Below are positions 9,608-19,804 of a stretch of DNA of 64,000 nucleotides, piece after piece. Both the position numbers and the translations under genes were made by a program. The notes under the pieces were generated by a model. That model had not been told where the DNA came from, did no database searches, and saw only the letters and a program-made list of their open reading frames with translations. The DNA is from a candidate division WOR-3 bacterium (lineage in GTDB: Bacteria > Hydrothermota > Tepidihabitantia > Tepidihabitantales > Tepidihabitantaceae): the NCBI GenBank assembly GCA_965649225.1, contig CBFGJX010000001.1, forward strand, positions 41,899-105,898, written 5' to 3'. Positions within the stretch are counted from its first letter, which is position 1. Each line of letters opens with the position of its first letter.

Positions 9608-11247
9608 TGCCAGACCGACGGGTTTTCGCCGCCCATCACGGCGACACGGTCGAGTTTCTCCACGGAACATCTTGTTGGCAGCACCGAGAGTTCACCATCG
9701 AGCGCGTCCGGCTGCGGCCGCAATAGCGCACGATTGGAATGAACATTAACACCGACGACCACCGCCCCGGCCGGAGCTGCATCGCTGATACGCACACGCA
9801 GATCAACACTCCCCGCATCGGTGGTTACACGCGCAAATCCGCCATCACCAGTTCCAAGCCGAGTGGCGTCAACAGAGTTCAATAACACCCAGTCCTCTTT
9901 GTCGAAGAAGCCGCGCAGGCCGATCGCCTTCTTCTCTCCGACAAACAGCCAATCATCAGAACCTGCCGAACCAACGGTGTCGGCCATCTGCTGTGCCAGC
10001 GCAATCACCGCAGCCGGCTCAACCGACCTGACAGGTGACTCAGCCAGCTCACCAGCCCGGCCAAAGAGTTCGAGAACTCGGCCAAAGGGACGTGAACCGC
10101 TGACCGGACCGGCCAGAGGTTGACGTTCCACATTGCCCCAGTAGGAAGTCCCTGTTGAAGATCGTTCCAGCTCCGCGGCTAGGGGCAGAACCAGTCCCTT
10201 GATCGGAGGGTCGGGCCGGAAGATAGCAGTCGCGACACGATACTCAATGCCATCAAGCTCCGGCAGTAAACCGGCATATGAGTACGGATACAGCCCACCA
10301 GTCCAGAATATCATTCTCACCCCGCCCTCACGGGCAGCCCGACAGAGACCAGCGAAGCTCTCGGTTCCTGCCGGAACAGCGCTCTCCCGGAACCCAACAA
10401 ACGGCTTCTTCCCAGCCAGTGCTACCAGCTGGCAAGCAAGGCTGTGCAAAGCAGGATGACAAACCCGGGCAGGATGCATTGCCGCACCAACGAACCCGGG
10501 TATATCCGGTTTTAGCATCTTGGCCACTTCTACCAGCTCATCCCGGGTCGTACCTGCAAGCGCTGCAAACCGATCAATGTCAACACCAGTTCTGAATTGC
10601 TCGTCCAGCAATGCGGCAAGTGCCACCAGTACCAGTGGTTCAGTACCTACCCGAACCCGAAGAAACCGATTGGCCAGACCACTTTGTCTGGTGCGCACAG
10701 AATCGACCACAACCATCCGGCTGCTTCGATCCGCGTAACGCGCATCAACCAGCCGCCAGGAAGCAACCGGTGACGTATTGAACACATCACCAATCAACAA
10801 CGTTGCCCGCGACCTATCCAGGTCCTCAAGCATCGCATCCCTCACCCCCGCCAGCCGATGGTTGAAAGCATTCTCGGGCTCAATATGCCCGCAAACGAGA
10901 TGAGGTGTTCCAATCGCAGCGGCCAAGCCGCGCAGGCGCCGCACCTCGTCCGCCGAACGCCCCCGGCTGTACACCAAAGCCAGCTCCGCCGGTCGAATTG
11001 CAGCAAGCCAGCCGCGGATCATCGCTTCCGCCTCAGACCACGTAATGTCGCGCCCGTCGAACAGCGGCCGGGATAACCGCTCGGGATGATCAAGCACTAT
11101 GCTGGCCGAATTACCGCGCGGGCAGAGCCGACCACGGTTCACTTCGGCTTCAGTGAAGTAGTGCATTCGATACTGGTAGCCGTTGAAGTCAACGCCTGAG
11201 GTACAACCGTTCAAACAGAAAGGACAGGTCGTCTTGGCGCTAGTCAT
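9604..11247 (-). CDS. Shortened molybdopterin-oxidoreductase-fold protein (FdhA/NuoG C-terminal-like, 547 aa)
   Basis: N-terminal CPFCLNGC...LCPRG Fe-S motif and a C-terminal Molydop_binding-like segment (LNSVDATRLG..GGFARV). Much shorter than FdhF. Confidence 0.75.
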   Translation of the reverse strand: MTSAKTTCPFCLNGCTSGVDFNGYQYRMHYFTEAEVNRGRLCPRGNSASIVLDHPERLSRPLFDGRDITWSEAEAMIRGWLAAIRPAELALVYSRGRSADEVRRLRGLAAAIGTPHLVCGHIEPENAFNHRLAGVRDAMLEDLDRSRATLLIGDVFNTSPVASWRLVDARYADRSSRMVVVDSVRTRQSGLANRFLRVRVGTEPLVLVALAALLDEQFRTGVDIDRFAALAGTTRDELVEVAKMLKPDIPGFVGAAMHPARVCHPALHSLACQLVALAGKKPFVGFRESAVPAGTESFAGLCRAAREGGVRMIFWTGGLYPYSYAGLLPELDGIEYRVATAIFRPDPPIKGLVLPLAAELERSSTGTSYWGNVERQPLAGPVSGSRPFGRVLELFGRAGELAESPVRSVEPAAVIALAQQMADTVGSAGSDDWLFVGEKKAIGLRGFFDKEDWVLLNSVDATRLGTGDGGFARVTTDAGSVDLRVRISDAAPAGAVVVGVNVHSNRALLRPQPDALDGELSVLPTRCSVEKLDRVAVMGGENPSVWQ

Positions 11248-12062
11248 CAAACGAACGGCTCCTCGATATCCTTTATCTGCTCCCAGGTGAGTACCGGCCC
11301 GTCCTTACAGGTGAAATACGGCCCCAGTTTGCAGTGGCCACACTGACCCAGGCCGCAGGACATGTTCATCTCCATCGAAAGATAGATGTTCTGCCCCCGA
11401 AAACCGGCGTCGAGGAGTTTCTTGGTGACAAACTTCATCATCACCGGGGGCCCGCAGACCACTGCGACGCTCTCTTTCTCGTCACAAGGGATCTCGTCCA
11501 TCAAACAGGTCACAACACCTACCTTTTTCATCCACCTTTCGTCCGAAACGTCCACCGAGAGATCGATGTCGACGCCAGGCAGTTTTTCCCATTCAGGCAA
11601 CAGGTACTTGTAGACAATATCGGCCGGCGTCCGCGCCCCGTATCGGAGAAAAATCCGCTTGTACTTCTGTTTTTCGTGTATCAACGCCAGAAACAAGGCC
11701 CGCAATGGCGCCAACCCGACGCCCCCGCCAACAATGTAAATGTCACGTCCTTCGAACTTCTCCAGCGGGTAACGCATCCCGTATGGTCCACGCAATCCGA
11801 CATAATCACCCGGCTGAAGGCCAAACAGCGCCGTAGTTGCCCGTCCAACCCGCATTATTGTCACCTCCAGTGTTTCGCGCTGAAAATGCGACGAAGAAGG
11901 CGTGAAGGGCGCCTCGCCATGGCCAGGTACAGTGAGTTCGACAAACTGACCAGCGAGGAACGGAATCTCCCGCTCCGGCCTGAGTACGAACGTCCTGATA
12001 TTCGGCGTCTCGTCAATCAGCCTCAGAATCTCGGCCCGGACCGGCTGATAGGGGTTGTTCAT
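11247..12062 (-). CDS. FAD/NAD(P)-binding subunit, sulfhydrogenase gamma / AsrB (HydG) family
   Basis: AGQFVEL, APFTPSS, LRGPYG, GGGVGLAP, CGPPVMM, [2Fe-2S] motif MSCGLGQCGHC...C. Confidence 0.9.
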   Translation of the reverse strand: MNNPYQPVRAEILRLIDETPNIRTFVLRPEREIPFLAGQFVELTVPGHGEAPFTPSSSHFQRETLEVTIMRVGRATTALFGLQPGDYVGLRGPYGMRYPLEKFEGRDIYIVGGGVGLAPLRALFLALIHEKQKYKRIFLRYGARTPADIVYKYLLPEWEKLPGVDIDLSVDVSDERWMKKVGVVTCLMDEIPCDEKESVAVVCGPPVMMKFVTKKLLDAGFRGQNIYLSMEMNMSCGLGQCGHCKLGPYFTCKDGPVLTWEQIKDIEEPFV

Positions 12063-13093
12063 ACCGACAACAGCACCCGACGGATGTCGATTTTGCCCAT
12101 ACAAACCCGGAAGCAGCGTCCGCACCCGGAACAGGCATAGAAACCGTTGCTGTTCTTGAAGTGTTGAAATTTGCATTCAAAACGGTTCGCAAACCGTCGT
12201 AGAAACTGACCACGAGGATTCGCACCGCCTCCGACCCGCTGATAGGCCGCCAGATAGCAGGCATCCCATACCTTCAGCCGTTCCATCTGCCTGCCTTGCA
12301 GTTGATCGTAAAGCAGAAAGCAGTAACAGGTGGGACAGCTCAACAGGCAACCATAACACTCAACGCAGTCGGCTGCGTGCTCGGCATAGAACGGCGCGTC
12401 GGTTTCACGCCGGCGCAACCGCGCAGGCAAATCCGCCGGCAATGGTTCAGGGTTGATTTCAGCAAGCTTCGCTTCGGCCCCGGCCCGGATCTCGTCACGT
12501 CGTTGCACCAAGGCTTCATCTGCCTGTCCCGGCAACACATCATCCAGCAACGCCAGCAGTTCCTGCCCCCGCGGCGTCAGTGGCTCAACCAGCCACTGCC
12601 CATCGACTTCCGACACAACCACGTCGGCGCCCTCGCGAACATACGGTCGGCCTCCGACAAGGTTGCAGAAACACGAATCTGCCGGAGCTGGACAATCGGC
12701 CGCTACCAGAATCGTGTTCTCCAGCCGTAGCTGGTAGAAAGGGTCGACGAACTCACCCTCCAGAAACATCTTCCGGTGCACTGCCAAGGCTGCGATATCG
12801 CAACCCTTGACGCCGAAAAGCACCTGCTTGTCAGATGAAGCTGGTTCCGATGGATCAGGAAAACTGGCGACGGTCTCGCGGGATTTGAACAAGAAAGATT
12901 TCACCGGCTCCGCCGCTCTTATTTGGGTCAGCGCCGGAACCGGTGATTGCGTGCCGCCGAGACCCCCCGGCGGGCCAAACTTCTGCCAGTGGATATGGTT
13001 TTCTACCGCCTGGGGCACGAACAAAGTGAACCGCGCGCCAATGCGCTCAAGCCACTGCACCTGTTGCTCACGCGATAGGCAGCTGCTCGCCAC
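12059..13093 (-). CDS. 4Fe-4S subunit, sulfhydrogenase beta / AsrA (HydB) family
   Basis: EPVKSFLF, FGVKGCD, CVECYGCLLSCPTCYC, CSGCGRCFRVC. The track start TTG 13129 is the -35 TTGACA, so GTG 13093 is preferred. Confidence 0.88.
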   Translation of the reverse strand: MASSCLSREQQVQWLERIGARFTLFVPQAVENHIHWQKFGPPGGLGGTQSPVPALTQIRAAEPVKSFLFKSRETVASFPDPSEPASSDKQVLFGVKGCDIAALAVHRKMFLEGEFVDPFYQLRLENTILVAADCPAPADSCFCNLVGGRPYVREGADVVVSEVDGQWLVEPLTPRGQELLALLDDVLPGQADEALVQRRDEIRAGAEAKLAEINPEPLPADLPARLRRRETDAPFYAEHAADCVECYGCLLSCPTCYCFLLYDQLQGRQMERLKVWDACYLAAYQRVGGGANPRGQFLRRFANRFECKFQHFKNSNGFYACSGCGRCFRVCMGKIDIRRVLLSV

Positions 13094-13101
13094 TTGGCGC
13101 A

Positions 13102-13129
13102 AAAATACCGACTGCCATCGGCATGTCAA
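13102..13129 (-). promoter_or_regulatory. sigma70-type promoter of the hydrogenase operon (TTGACA-N16-TATTTT)
   Basis: Read directly on the minus strand; 8 nt upstream of GTG 13093 with no SD. Confidence 0.55.
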
Positions 13130-13182
13130 GAAAAAAGTCAGACTTGATAACGGAACCTTTATCGTTCATCATTCCGGCGGTA

Positions 13183-13545
13183 ATGATGCCAAGGCTGACA
13201 CTGCTGCTCATCGCAACCACTGTGCTGCTGCAGGCTGCGCCCGCCTTTTCTCCACCAGATTCCGTACCCCGCGAACCAGACCGGTGGCTGGGGATGGACA
13301 AGTTCTGGCACTTTTCGGCCTCCTTTGTTTCGGTCGGTGCCGGCTATCACCTTTTTGCCAACCGAATCGGCTTCAATCACGAAAACGCTGCTGCTGCGGC
13401 CAGCGCCGGGACAATCACCCTCGGCATCAGCAAGGAATTCTACGATCTTCTTGGCCGTGAACGGCACTTTTCCTGGAAAGACATCGTCGCCGACTTGTGC
13501 GGCATCGGCGCCGGTTATCTCGTGTTCGTCCACCAATGGCGGTAG
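13183..13545 (+). CDS. YfiM/DUF2279-like small exported membrane protein
   Basis: Signal-like MMPRLTLLLIA; DKFWHF, GISKEFYD, FSWKDIVADLCG motifs. Confidence 0.7.
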   Translation: MMPRLTLLLIATTVLLQAAPAFSPPDSVPREPDRWLGMDKFWHFSASFVSVGAGYHLFANRIGFNHENAAAAASAGTITLGISKEFYDLLGRERHFSWKDIVADLCGIGAGYLVFVHQWR

Positions 13546-13976
13546 CCGAAGAGCTGCTGAACCAACTGCAAACCGAAAACCTGTCCCTGCTCGTCATCAC
13601 TCCGTCCGGCCGAGACTACCGGTTCACCAAACCCGGTGTTCAGCCCTTGCTCGAACTCCTTGAACTTGATCCCAGTGACCTGCACGGGGCAAACGTCGCC
13701 GATCGTGTCGTTGGCTCCTGCGCCGCCCGGATTTTTGTCCACATCGGTGCTGCAAACGTTGTCGGAATAGAAGGTTCGCTCGCCGCTTCAACAGTACTGC
13801 AAGAGGCCGCTATCGCCTGGTACTTCCGCCTCACCGTCCCGGAAATCCGCAATCGCAGCGGCGACGGAATGTGTCCGTTCGAACAACTGAGCCTCCAGCA
13901 CCCGGAGATGGACTCTTTCCTAGCCGCCATCCGCGACCGATTCAATTTCTCGTCCCCCTCCAAGCGGGTTCCCTGA
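13536..13976 (+). CDS. DUF1893 (TM1506-like) protein
   Basis: GVQPLL, ADRVVGSCAA, IRNRSGDGMCPFE motifs. Confidence 0.8.
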   Translation: MAVAEELLNQLQTENLSLLVITPSGRDYRFTKPGVQPLLELLELDPSDLHGANVADRVVGSCAARIFVHIGAANVVGIEGSLAASTVLQEAAIAWYFRLTVPEIRNRSGDGMCPFEQLSLQHPEMDSFLAAIRDRFNFSSPSKRVP

Positions 13977-14325
13977 AGTTGTACCCGGTTATACCCAGCC
14001 TCACCGCGCTGTCACCGTTCCGGCCCAATCAGGCTCAGCGGCGCTGGAACATCCGGTCTGTCAATATCAAACAGGCATCGGACCGTCCGACAACGCCAGT
14101 CGCCCTCAGACTGACATGGGAGTCGTTCCCCCCATTGCCCTGCCGGCTTCTTGTGGGACACCCCAATCGCCCTGCAGGGCCGAAGTTGCTAGCGCCAGAA
14201 TCGCTCAACAACATATGCAACATTATGTTACGACACACTGAATGTAAGAATATGGACCCCAAGGGGCTCAGGCAGCAAACCACGGTTTTGACTGTATACC
14301 GCTCGGAGCCTGGAATCACCAGAAC

Positions 14326-16188
14326 TTGAAGCCAGAACGCTGGGATGTTATTGTTGTTGGAGCCGGCCACGCTGGCTGTGAAGCCGCCTTGGCGGCAGCC
14401 CGACTGGGTTGTTCGGTTTTGTTGCTGACCCAGAATCTCGATACGATCGCCCAGATGTCCTGCAACCCGGCGGTCGGCGGCGTCGGCAAGGGACAGCTTG
14501 TCCGCGAAATCGATGCTCTTGGCGGCGCCATGCCCCGGGTAACCGATCAGGCCGGCATTCACTTTCGCCAGCTGAACACGTCAAAAGGCCGGGCAGTGCA
14601 GTCCTCCCGTGTTCAGGTTGACCGTTCACTCTACCGGCGGCTGATGAAATCGCTGATTGAATCGACCCGGAACATCGCAGTTCGACAAGCTTCTGTTGCG
14701 CGCGTCCTGCGGCGAAACCGTACCTGTGTCGGGGTCCAGACCATCACCGGCGAAAAACTGACCGGCCAGACTGTGGTGCTTGCTCCCGGCACTTTCCTTT
14801 CTGGCCTTGTTCATATTGGCCTGACAAGTTTTCCCGCCGGCCGGCTGGGCGAAGCACCGGCCAATGAACTGGCCCAAAACCTGCGCGAATTTGGATTCAG
14901 GATTGGACGGTTCAAGACCGGCACTCCCCCGCGCATTGACCTACGCTCAATTGCTACTGAAAAGCTCACAGCCCAGCCGGGCGACAAGGAACCGCTGGCT
15001 TTCTCGATTCACACGACTGCACCGGTCCAAAACCTTGTTGAATGCTGGATCACCTACACGACCCCTGCCACACATCACATCGTCCGGACCGGGCTAAAGC
15101 AGTCCCCATTGTACAGCGGGATTATCAAGGGCACCGGCGTCCGTTACTGCCCTTCGCTTGAAGACAAGGTCGTAAAGTTTCCCGAACGCACAAGCCACCA
15201 TATCTTCATCGAGCCCGAAGGCACTGACACGGTCGAATGTTACCCTAACGGCATCTCAACGAGCCTGCCGGTCGAACTACAACTTCGGGTTCTACACTCG
15301 ATTCCCGGACTTGAACATTGCTGGATGATGCGCCCTGGCTATGCGATCGAGCACGACTACTCCGACCCGACCCAGCTGTTGCCGACGCTCGAAACCAAGC
15401 TGCTGCGTAATCTGTTCTTCGCCGGCCAGATCAATGGCACAACTGGTTACGAAGAAGCGGCGGCGCAGGGACTGGTCGCCGGCGTCAACGCCGCGCTGCG
15501 GGCACTTGGCCGTCCCGCCTTCACCCTCGGTCGCGGCGACGGATACATCGGCGTCATGATCGACGACCTGACGATGCGCGGCACCGACGAACCTTATCGG
15601 ATGTTCACCGCCCGTGTCGAGCACCGCCTCCTCCTGCGTGAGGACAACGCCGATCTGCGCCTGGCGCCACGGGCATACAGTATCGGTCTGCTCGATACCG
15701 CCACCTACCGGCGTGCAAAAGCAAAACTTGCTGCCTGCGCTGAAGCGTTCCGCTGGCTCAAAGACAACCGCATCAAACCAACTCCGGCGGTAAACCGTGT
15801 CCTGCGGCGTCTGAAAACCACAACGCTGCGCGAGCCGGTGACGGCATACGAACTGCTCAAACGGCCCGAAATCGGCTGGTCAGACATTGTCCGCCTCGCT
15901 CCGGGCGCACCCAGACTGACAGCCATGGCCCAGAATCATGTTGAGGTTGAGGTAAAGTACGCCGGCTACATCCGGCGGGCCGAACGACAGCTCGCTGCTC
16001 TCAATCAATTGGAGAAGATCCGGATTCCTCCCCGGTTCGACTTCTCCGTCGTTCCCGGTCTTTCCCATGAGATTCGCGAAAAACTGCAGAAAGCCAGACC
16101 CGGGAATCTGGCTCAGGCTCAAAACGTGCCTGGCGTGACGCCGGCGGCCCTGTTTGCGCTGAACGTTTTTCTCTGTTCAAAGAGATGA
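14326..16188 (+). CDS. mnmG: tRNA uridine-5-carboxymethylaminomethyl(34) synthesis enzyme
   Basis: [52 protein letters not shown]. Confidence 0.97.
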   Translation: MKPERWDVIVVGAGHAGCEAALAAARLGCSVLLLTQNLDTIAQMSCNPAVGGVGKGQLVREIDALGGAMPRVTDQAGIHFRQLNTSKGRAVQSSRVQVDRSLYRRLMKSLIESTRNIAVRQASVARVLRRNRTCVGVQTITGEKLTGQTVVLAPGTFLSGLVHIGLTSFPAGRLGEAPANELAQNLREFGFRIGRFKTGTPPRIDLRSIATEKLTAQPGDKEPLAFSIHTTAPVQNLVECWITYTTPATHHIVRTGLKQSPLYSGIIKGTGVRYCPSLEDKVVKFPERTSHHIFIEPEGTDTVECYPNGISTSLPVELQLRVLHSIPGLEHCWMMRPGYAIEHDYSDPTQLLPTLETKLLRNLFFAGQINGTTGYEEAAAQGLVAGVNAALRALGRPAFTLGRGDGYIGVMIDDLTMRGTDEPYRMFTARVEHRLLLREDNADLRLAPRAYSIGLLDTATYRRAKAKLAACAEAFRWLKDNRIKPTPAVNRVLRRLKTTTLREPVTAYELLKRPEIGWSDIVRLAPGAPRLTAMAQNHVEVEVKYAGYIRRAERQLAALNQLEKIRIPPRFDFSVVPGLSHEIREKLQKARPGNLAQAQNVPGVTPAALFALNVFLCSKR

Positions 16189-16853
16189 CGAGCGGCCTTC
16201 GCAACACGCTGGAATCGACCGCCCGGACCCGTGGCGCCGTCGCCTTCGGTGTCTGTCAAATTGCCGACATCCGAACTGATGACTTCCAGCTTCCGGCCGA
16301 ACTCCTCGCCCAGATGCCTGTCGCCATCAGCGTCGGACTGCCGGTGGCAGCTGAAGTGCTTGCAACCATCAAGGGCTGTCCCAACCGGCTTTACGAACAT
16401 CACTACCGGCAGATCAACTTTGCGCTCGATCGCCTCGGGCTGGAGCTTGTCAATCTGATTCACAACCTCGGCGGCAAAGCTCTGGCAATTCCTGCCTCAC
16501 AGATTGTCGACTGGGACCGGCAGCTCGCCCACGTCTCGCACAAACGCGTGGCTGTTGCGGCCGGCGTCGGCTGGCTTGGCCGCAACAATCTTGTCGTTTC
16601 GCCCGACCACGGTGCCCGCATCCGATTGCTCACCGTGATCACAGATCTTGACCTGAAACCGGACCAGCCCCTGGCCGCTGACTGTGGTGAGTGTCACGCC
16701 TGCGTTACCGTCTGTCCGGCCGGTGCAATCAAAGACCATCCTGCGGACTTTGACCATACCGCCTGTTTCGCCCGATTGAAAGAATTTCAGCGCCAGCGAC
16801 TGGTGAGCCAGTACATCTGTGGCGTCTGCGTTCAGGCCTGCGGTCCGCGCTAG
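16185..16853 (+). CDS. QueG-like (epoxyqueuosine reductase / cobalamin-binding Fe-S) protein
   Basis: [43 protein letters not shown]-coupled to mnmG. Confidence 0.7.
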   Translation: MTSGLRNTLESTARTRGAVAFGVCQIADIRTDDFQLPAELLAQMPVAISVGLPVAAEVLATIKGCPNRLYEHHYRQINFALDRLGLELVNLIHNLGGKALAIPASQIVDWDRQLAHVSHKRVAVAAGVGWLGRNNLVVSPDHGARIRLLTVITDLDLKPDQPLAADCGECHACVTVCPAGAIKDHPADFDHTACFARLKEFQRQRLVSQYICGVCVQACGPR

Positions 16854-19042
16854 CGCTCGTAGCGAAAATCGCGCCCCACCGACAGCACAAACTCAAACCG
16901 CAGGCTCCGGCCGGGACGGGGGAAATCCCCGGCGCCTACCAGAAACTGCAGTGGGCCGGCCGGTGTGTTGGTACGCAATCCGAATCCCGCTCCCCAGTGC
17001 AAAGCAGCATACGCCGGCGCTTCCAGTCGGGCCAGATCCGGCCGTTCGAAGATGCCGGCATCGATCACGGTCTGGATATAGACCGGGTAATCCTCACGCT
17101 CAAAAAGATTCAGCAGCCGATAATCGAAGCCACCACGAACCGCTGCTTGGAAATCGCCTGCCAGTTCACCGTCAGCAAAACCAACAAAACGCTCGCCGCC
17201 AGTTCGCAACAGCTCATTCGAAGCCGGCCTGCCGACAATGAGGCCAAGACTGAAGCCTCCGCGCCACAGCAACCGCCTGCCCAAGGCGACACCATTCTGC
17301 CCTGCTGCCAGCAGTTTGAGGAATCGCCGTCCACCACCCGTCGTCGGTAACGAGTACAGTGCCCTGATTCGCAACTCCCGCCCCGGACCCGGAAAATCAA
17401 TATCACGATAGGTATTGACATCCAGTCGGCCGGTCAGCCCGGCAACAATGTCTACGCCAGCTGAATCCGGCAGACTGCCGACCAATGCCCGATGACGCGC
17501 TCGGTATAGAACCAACCCAGCGCCCCAGAAATGTTCCTGTCCCAGCGACCACCCGGTCTCAGTTTCGATGCCGGTCAACGCCGTACGCCCGTAGGCTACT
17601 GGCACGCGCTCCCACCACCAGATTCTTCCTGCCTCTGAACACATGCCGTCGAAACGATAGGCCAGCGGCAAACCGAAGAGCCGCGTCGCCTCCAGTCCGG
17701 CCCGGACCTCGGTCGGATTGCCCAGCGTGAATGCACCGCGGGCCAGCATTCCTGAACCAAATAGGTTTCCCTGTCCAACAGCCAACCCAACGCCGACGCC
17801 GTCGCTGTTGTCATACCGCACTCCAAGGCCATAAAAGCCATGCGGCGGCTCTGAGAGCTCAATGACAATATCGGTGGACTCACCGACAACCGGCTCCAGT
17901 CGATATCGGACGCTCTCGAAAAGACCGGTCGCATAGATACGCTCGAGATCGTCGACCAGCTCTGAGAAACTCAATAAGCCACCTGCCCGCGTCCGGACAT
18001 TACGCATGACCACCGACGGCCTGGTTGCGCGCAACCCCTCCAGCCGAACTGACCGCACTACCGGTCGAGGCCGCTGTGCCGGAGTTCTGCCCTTTCCGTA
18101 TTTCACCTTGCCGGCCAGCCGACGTTTGAGTTCGGGTAACGCCTTCTGCGCGGCACTTTCACCAACGGCGATAAGCTCCGCCGCCCGGGCAAAATCCGAA
18201 CTGCGAAAGCGGTCCAAATCCGGTTCAATGACGAAATCGGCCAGCGCCTTCTGCGCCTCGGTTTCAGCCGCACCGACAAGATCTACCGACCGGGCCGCAA
18301 TGTCGACCACAGAAGCGCCAGAATCGGCATGACGACGACGAGTCAGCACCGCGATCACAAAGTCAGGCCCGAACTCTGCCAGCGGCTCGACCGGCAACCG
18401 TTGCTGTACACCGCCATCCACCAGCTGCATGGAGTCAATCTGTTCGGGAGCAAACACTCCGGGGATGGCAATACTGGCCCGAATCGCGCGCTGCAGTCGT
18501 CCTGCACGCAGAACGACACGCCGGCCAGTCAAAAGGTCAACTGCCACTGCCCGAAACGGCACCGGCAGACTGTCGAAGTCATAGTACGTCGAATACTCAA
18601 TATCAGAAAGCAGCCGCATCAGCAGAAAATCAACATTCTGCAGCGGTATGACTCCGCCGGGCAACTGTGGTACAAACCGACGATGGCGCAACTGGATGAT
18701 GTAACGGTTCGCCCGCTGTCTCTCAGCCAGATAGCCGGAACCAATACTGATTTTCGTCGAGAACAGCCGGCTCCATTCTACGTTCAAGGCAATGCTCTCG
18801 ATCTGCTTGGCACTGAAACCGGCCGCCCAGACCCCGCCGACCATCGCCCCCATGCTCGTGCCGGCAACCGCAGCAACCGGTATGCTTTCCTTCTCCAGTA
18901 CCTTCAACACCCCGACGTGGGCAAACCCCAGCGCTCCGCCACCAGACAATGCCAGTCCGACCCGAATGCCATCTCCCGTCACTGCGGCTGAAGCCACCGA
19001 CAGCGCCAATACCATCCACAGCCCGAATGCGACAGCTCTCAT
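16850..19042 (-). CDS. Patatin-like phospholipase with POTRA and Omp85-type barrel (PlpD-like)
   Basis: Signal peptide; SGGGALG, GTSMG, DGG; POTRA-like middle region; C-terminal GLRTNTPAGPL. Confidence 0.85.
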   Translation of the reverse strand: MRAVAFGLWMVLALSVASAAVTGDGIRVGLALSGGGALGFAHVGVLKVLEKESIPVAAVAGTSMGAMVGGVWAAGFSAKQIESIALNVEWSRLFSTKISIGSGYLAERQRANRYIIQLRHRRFVPQLPGGVIPLQNVDFLLMRLLSDIEYSTYYDFDSLPVPFRAVAVDLLTGRRVVLRAGRLQRAIRASIAIPGVFAPEQIDSMQLVDGGVQQRLPVEPLAEFGPDFVIAVLTRRRHADSGASVVDIAARSVDLVGAAETEAQKALADFVIEPDLDRFRSSDFARAAELIAVGESAAQKALPELKRRLAGKVKYGKGRTPAQRPRPVVRSVRLEGLRATRPSVVMRNVRTRAGGLLSFSELVDDLERIYATGLFESVRYRLEPVVGESTDIVIELSEPPHGFYGLGVRYDNSDGVGVGLAVGQGNLFGSGMLARGAFTLGNPTEVRAGLEATRLFGLPLAYRFDGMCSEAGRIWWWERVPVAYGRTALTGIETETGWSLGQEHFWGAGLVLYRARHRALVGSLPDSAGVDIVAGLTGRLDVNTYRDIDFPGPGRELRIRALYSLPTTGGGRRFLKLLAAGQNGVALGRRLLWRGGFSLGLIVGRPASNELLRTGGERFVGFADGELAGDFQAAVRGGFDYRLLNLFEREDYPVYIQTVIDAGIFERPDLARLEAPAYAALHWGAGFGLRTNTPAGPLQFLVGAGDFPRPGRSLRFEFVLSVGRDFRYER

Positions 19043-19743
19043 TCTTCCTTGAAAAGAGCCGCTATCTCGCCGCTATCCAGTCGTCGCCAGCCGCCAGGCC
19101 GCAAGCCGGCCAGCGACACCCCTCCGATCCTCACCCGGCAAAGCCGGCGAACTCCATACCCCAGCACTCCGAGCATCCGCCGGATCTCGCGCTTGCGTCC
19201 CTCACTCAGAACTACCCGTATCCGATCCGAACCAACCCGGCGGAGCGCCACAGCCCGGGCCGGGCCATCCGCCAATCGGACGCCGCGCCGCAAAGCTTCC
19301 AGAAGAGCTTCATCTGCTGGCCGGTCGAGTTCGACTTCGTACTCTTTCTGAACCCGGTAGCGGGGATGAGTCAATCGCAAGGCAAGCTCGCCGTCATTGG
19401 TCAGCAACAGTAAGCCTTCAGACTCACGATCCAGCCTGCCCACTGGAAACAACCGTTCCCCAAGCGGCACCAGTTCGGTGACCAGCGGCCCGGTTTCGCG
19501 ACCGCGGCGACAGCTTGACAGATAGCCCGCTGGCTTGTAAACAGCAACCACAGTCCGCCGTAGTTTGGCAATGACCAACTTACCTTCAGCAGTCACCCGG
19601 TCCACAGTCGGGTCAATTGACTGTCCAACTAGTGCCACCTTGCCGTTTACGCTAATTCTTCCGGCGCGTATCAGCTCCTCGCAATGCCGGCGGGAAGCGA
19701 TACCGGCATCAGCCAGAAACTTCTGCAGTCGCACTCGCACCAC
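19039..19743 (-). CDS. rRNA pseudouridine synthase (RsuA/RluB family)
   Basis: S4 domain RLQKFLA.AGIASRR and GRLD..SEGLLLLTNDG. Start uncertain (19743/19755/19779). Confidence 0.92.
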   Translation of the reverse strand: MVRVRLQKFLADAGIASRRHCEELIRAGRISVNGKVALVGQSIDPTVDRVTAEGKLVIAKLRRTVVAVYKPAGYLSSCRRGRETGPLVTELVPLGERLFPVGRLDRESEGLLLLTNDGELALRLTHPRYRVQKEYEVELDRPADEALLEALRRGVRLADGPARAVALRRVGSDRIRVVLSEGRKREIRRMLGVLGYGVRRLCRVRIGGVSLAGLRPGGWRRLDSGEIAALFKEE

Positions 19744-19804
19744 AGCTGCAAGCATCTGCAGTTCTGCCTCTTCTGTCAACCGGGAAATCGGTTAGAATGT
19801 CCTG

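Noticed and set aside
9604-11247. Selenocysteine formate dehydrogenase / formate hydrogenlyase
   Set aside because: No in-frame TGA, the protein is too short, and no recognisable Mo-ligand motif is present.
14035-14562. 175-aa antisense ORF over the mnmG start
   Set aside because: Shadow ORF of a conserved gene with no motifs.
16185-16853. Reductive dehalogenase
   Set aside because: Only 222 aa, no Tat signal or RdhB partner, and coupled to mnmG, so QueG-like is more parsimonious.
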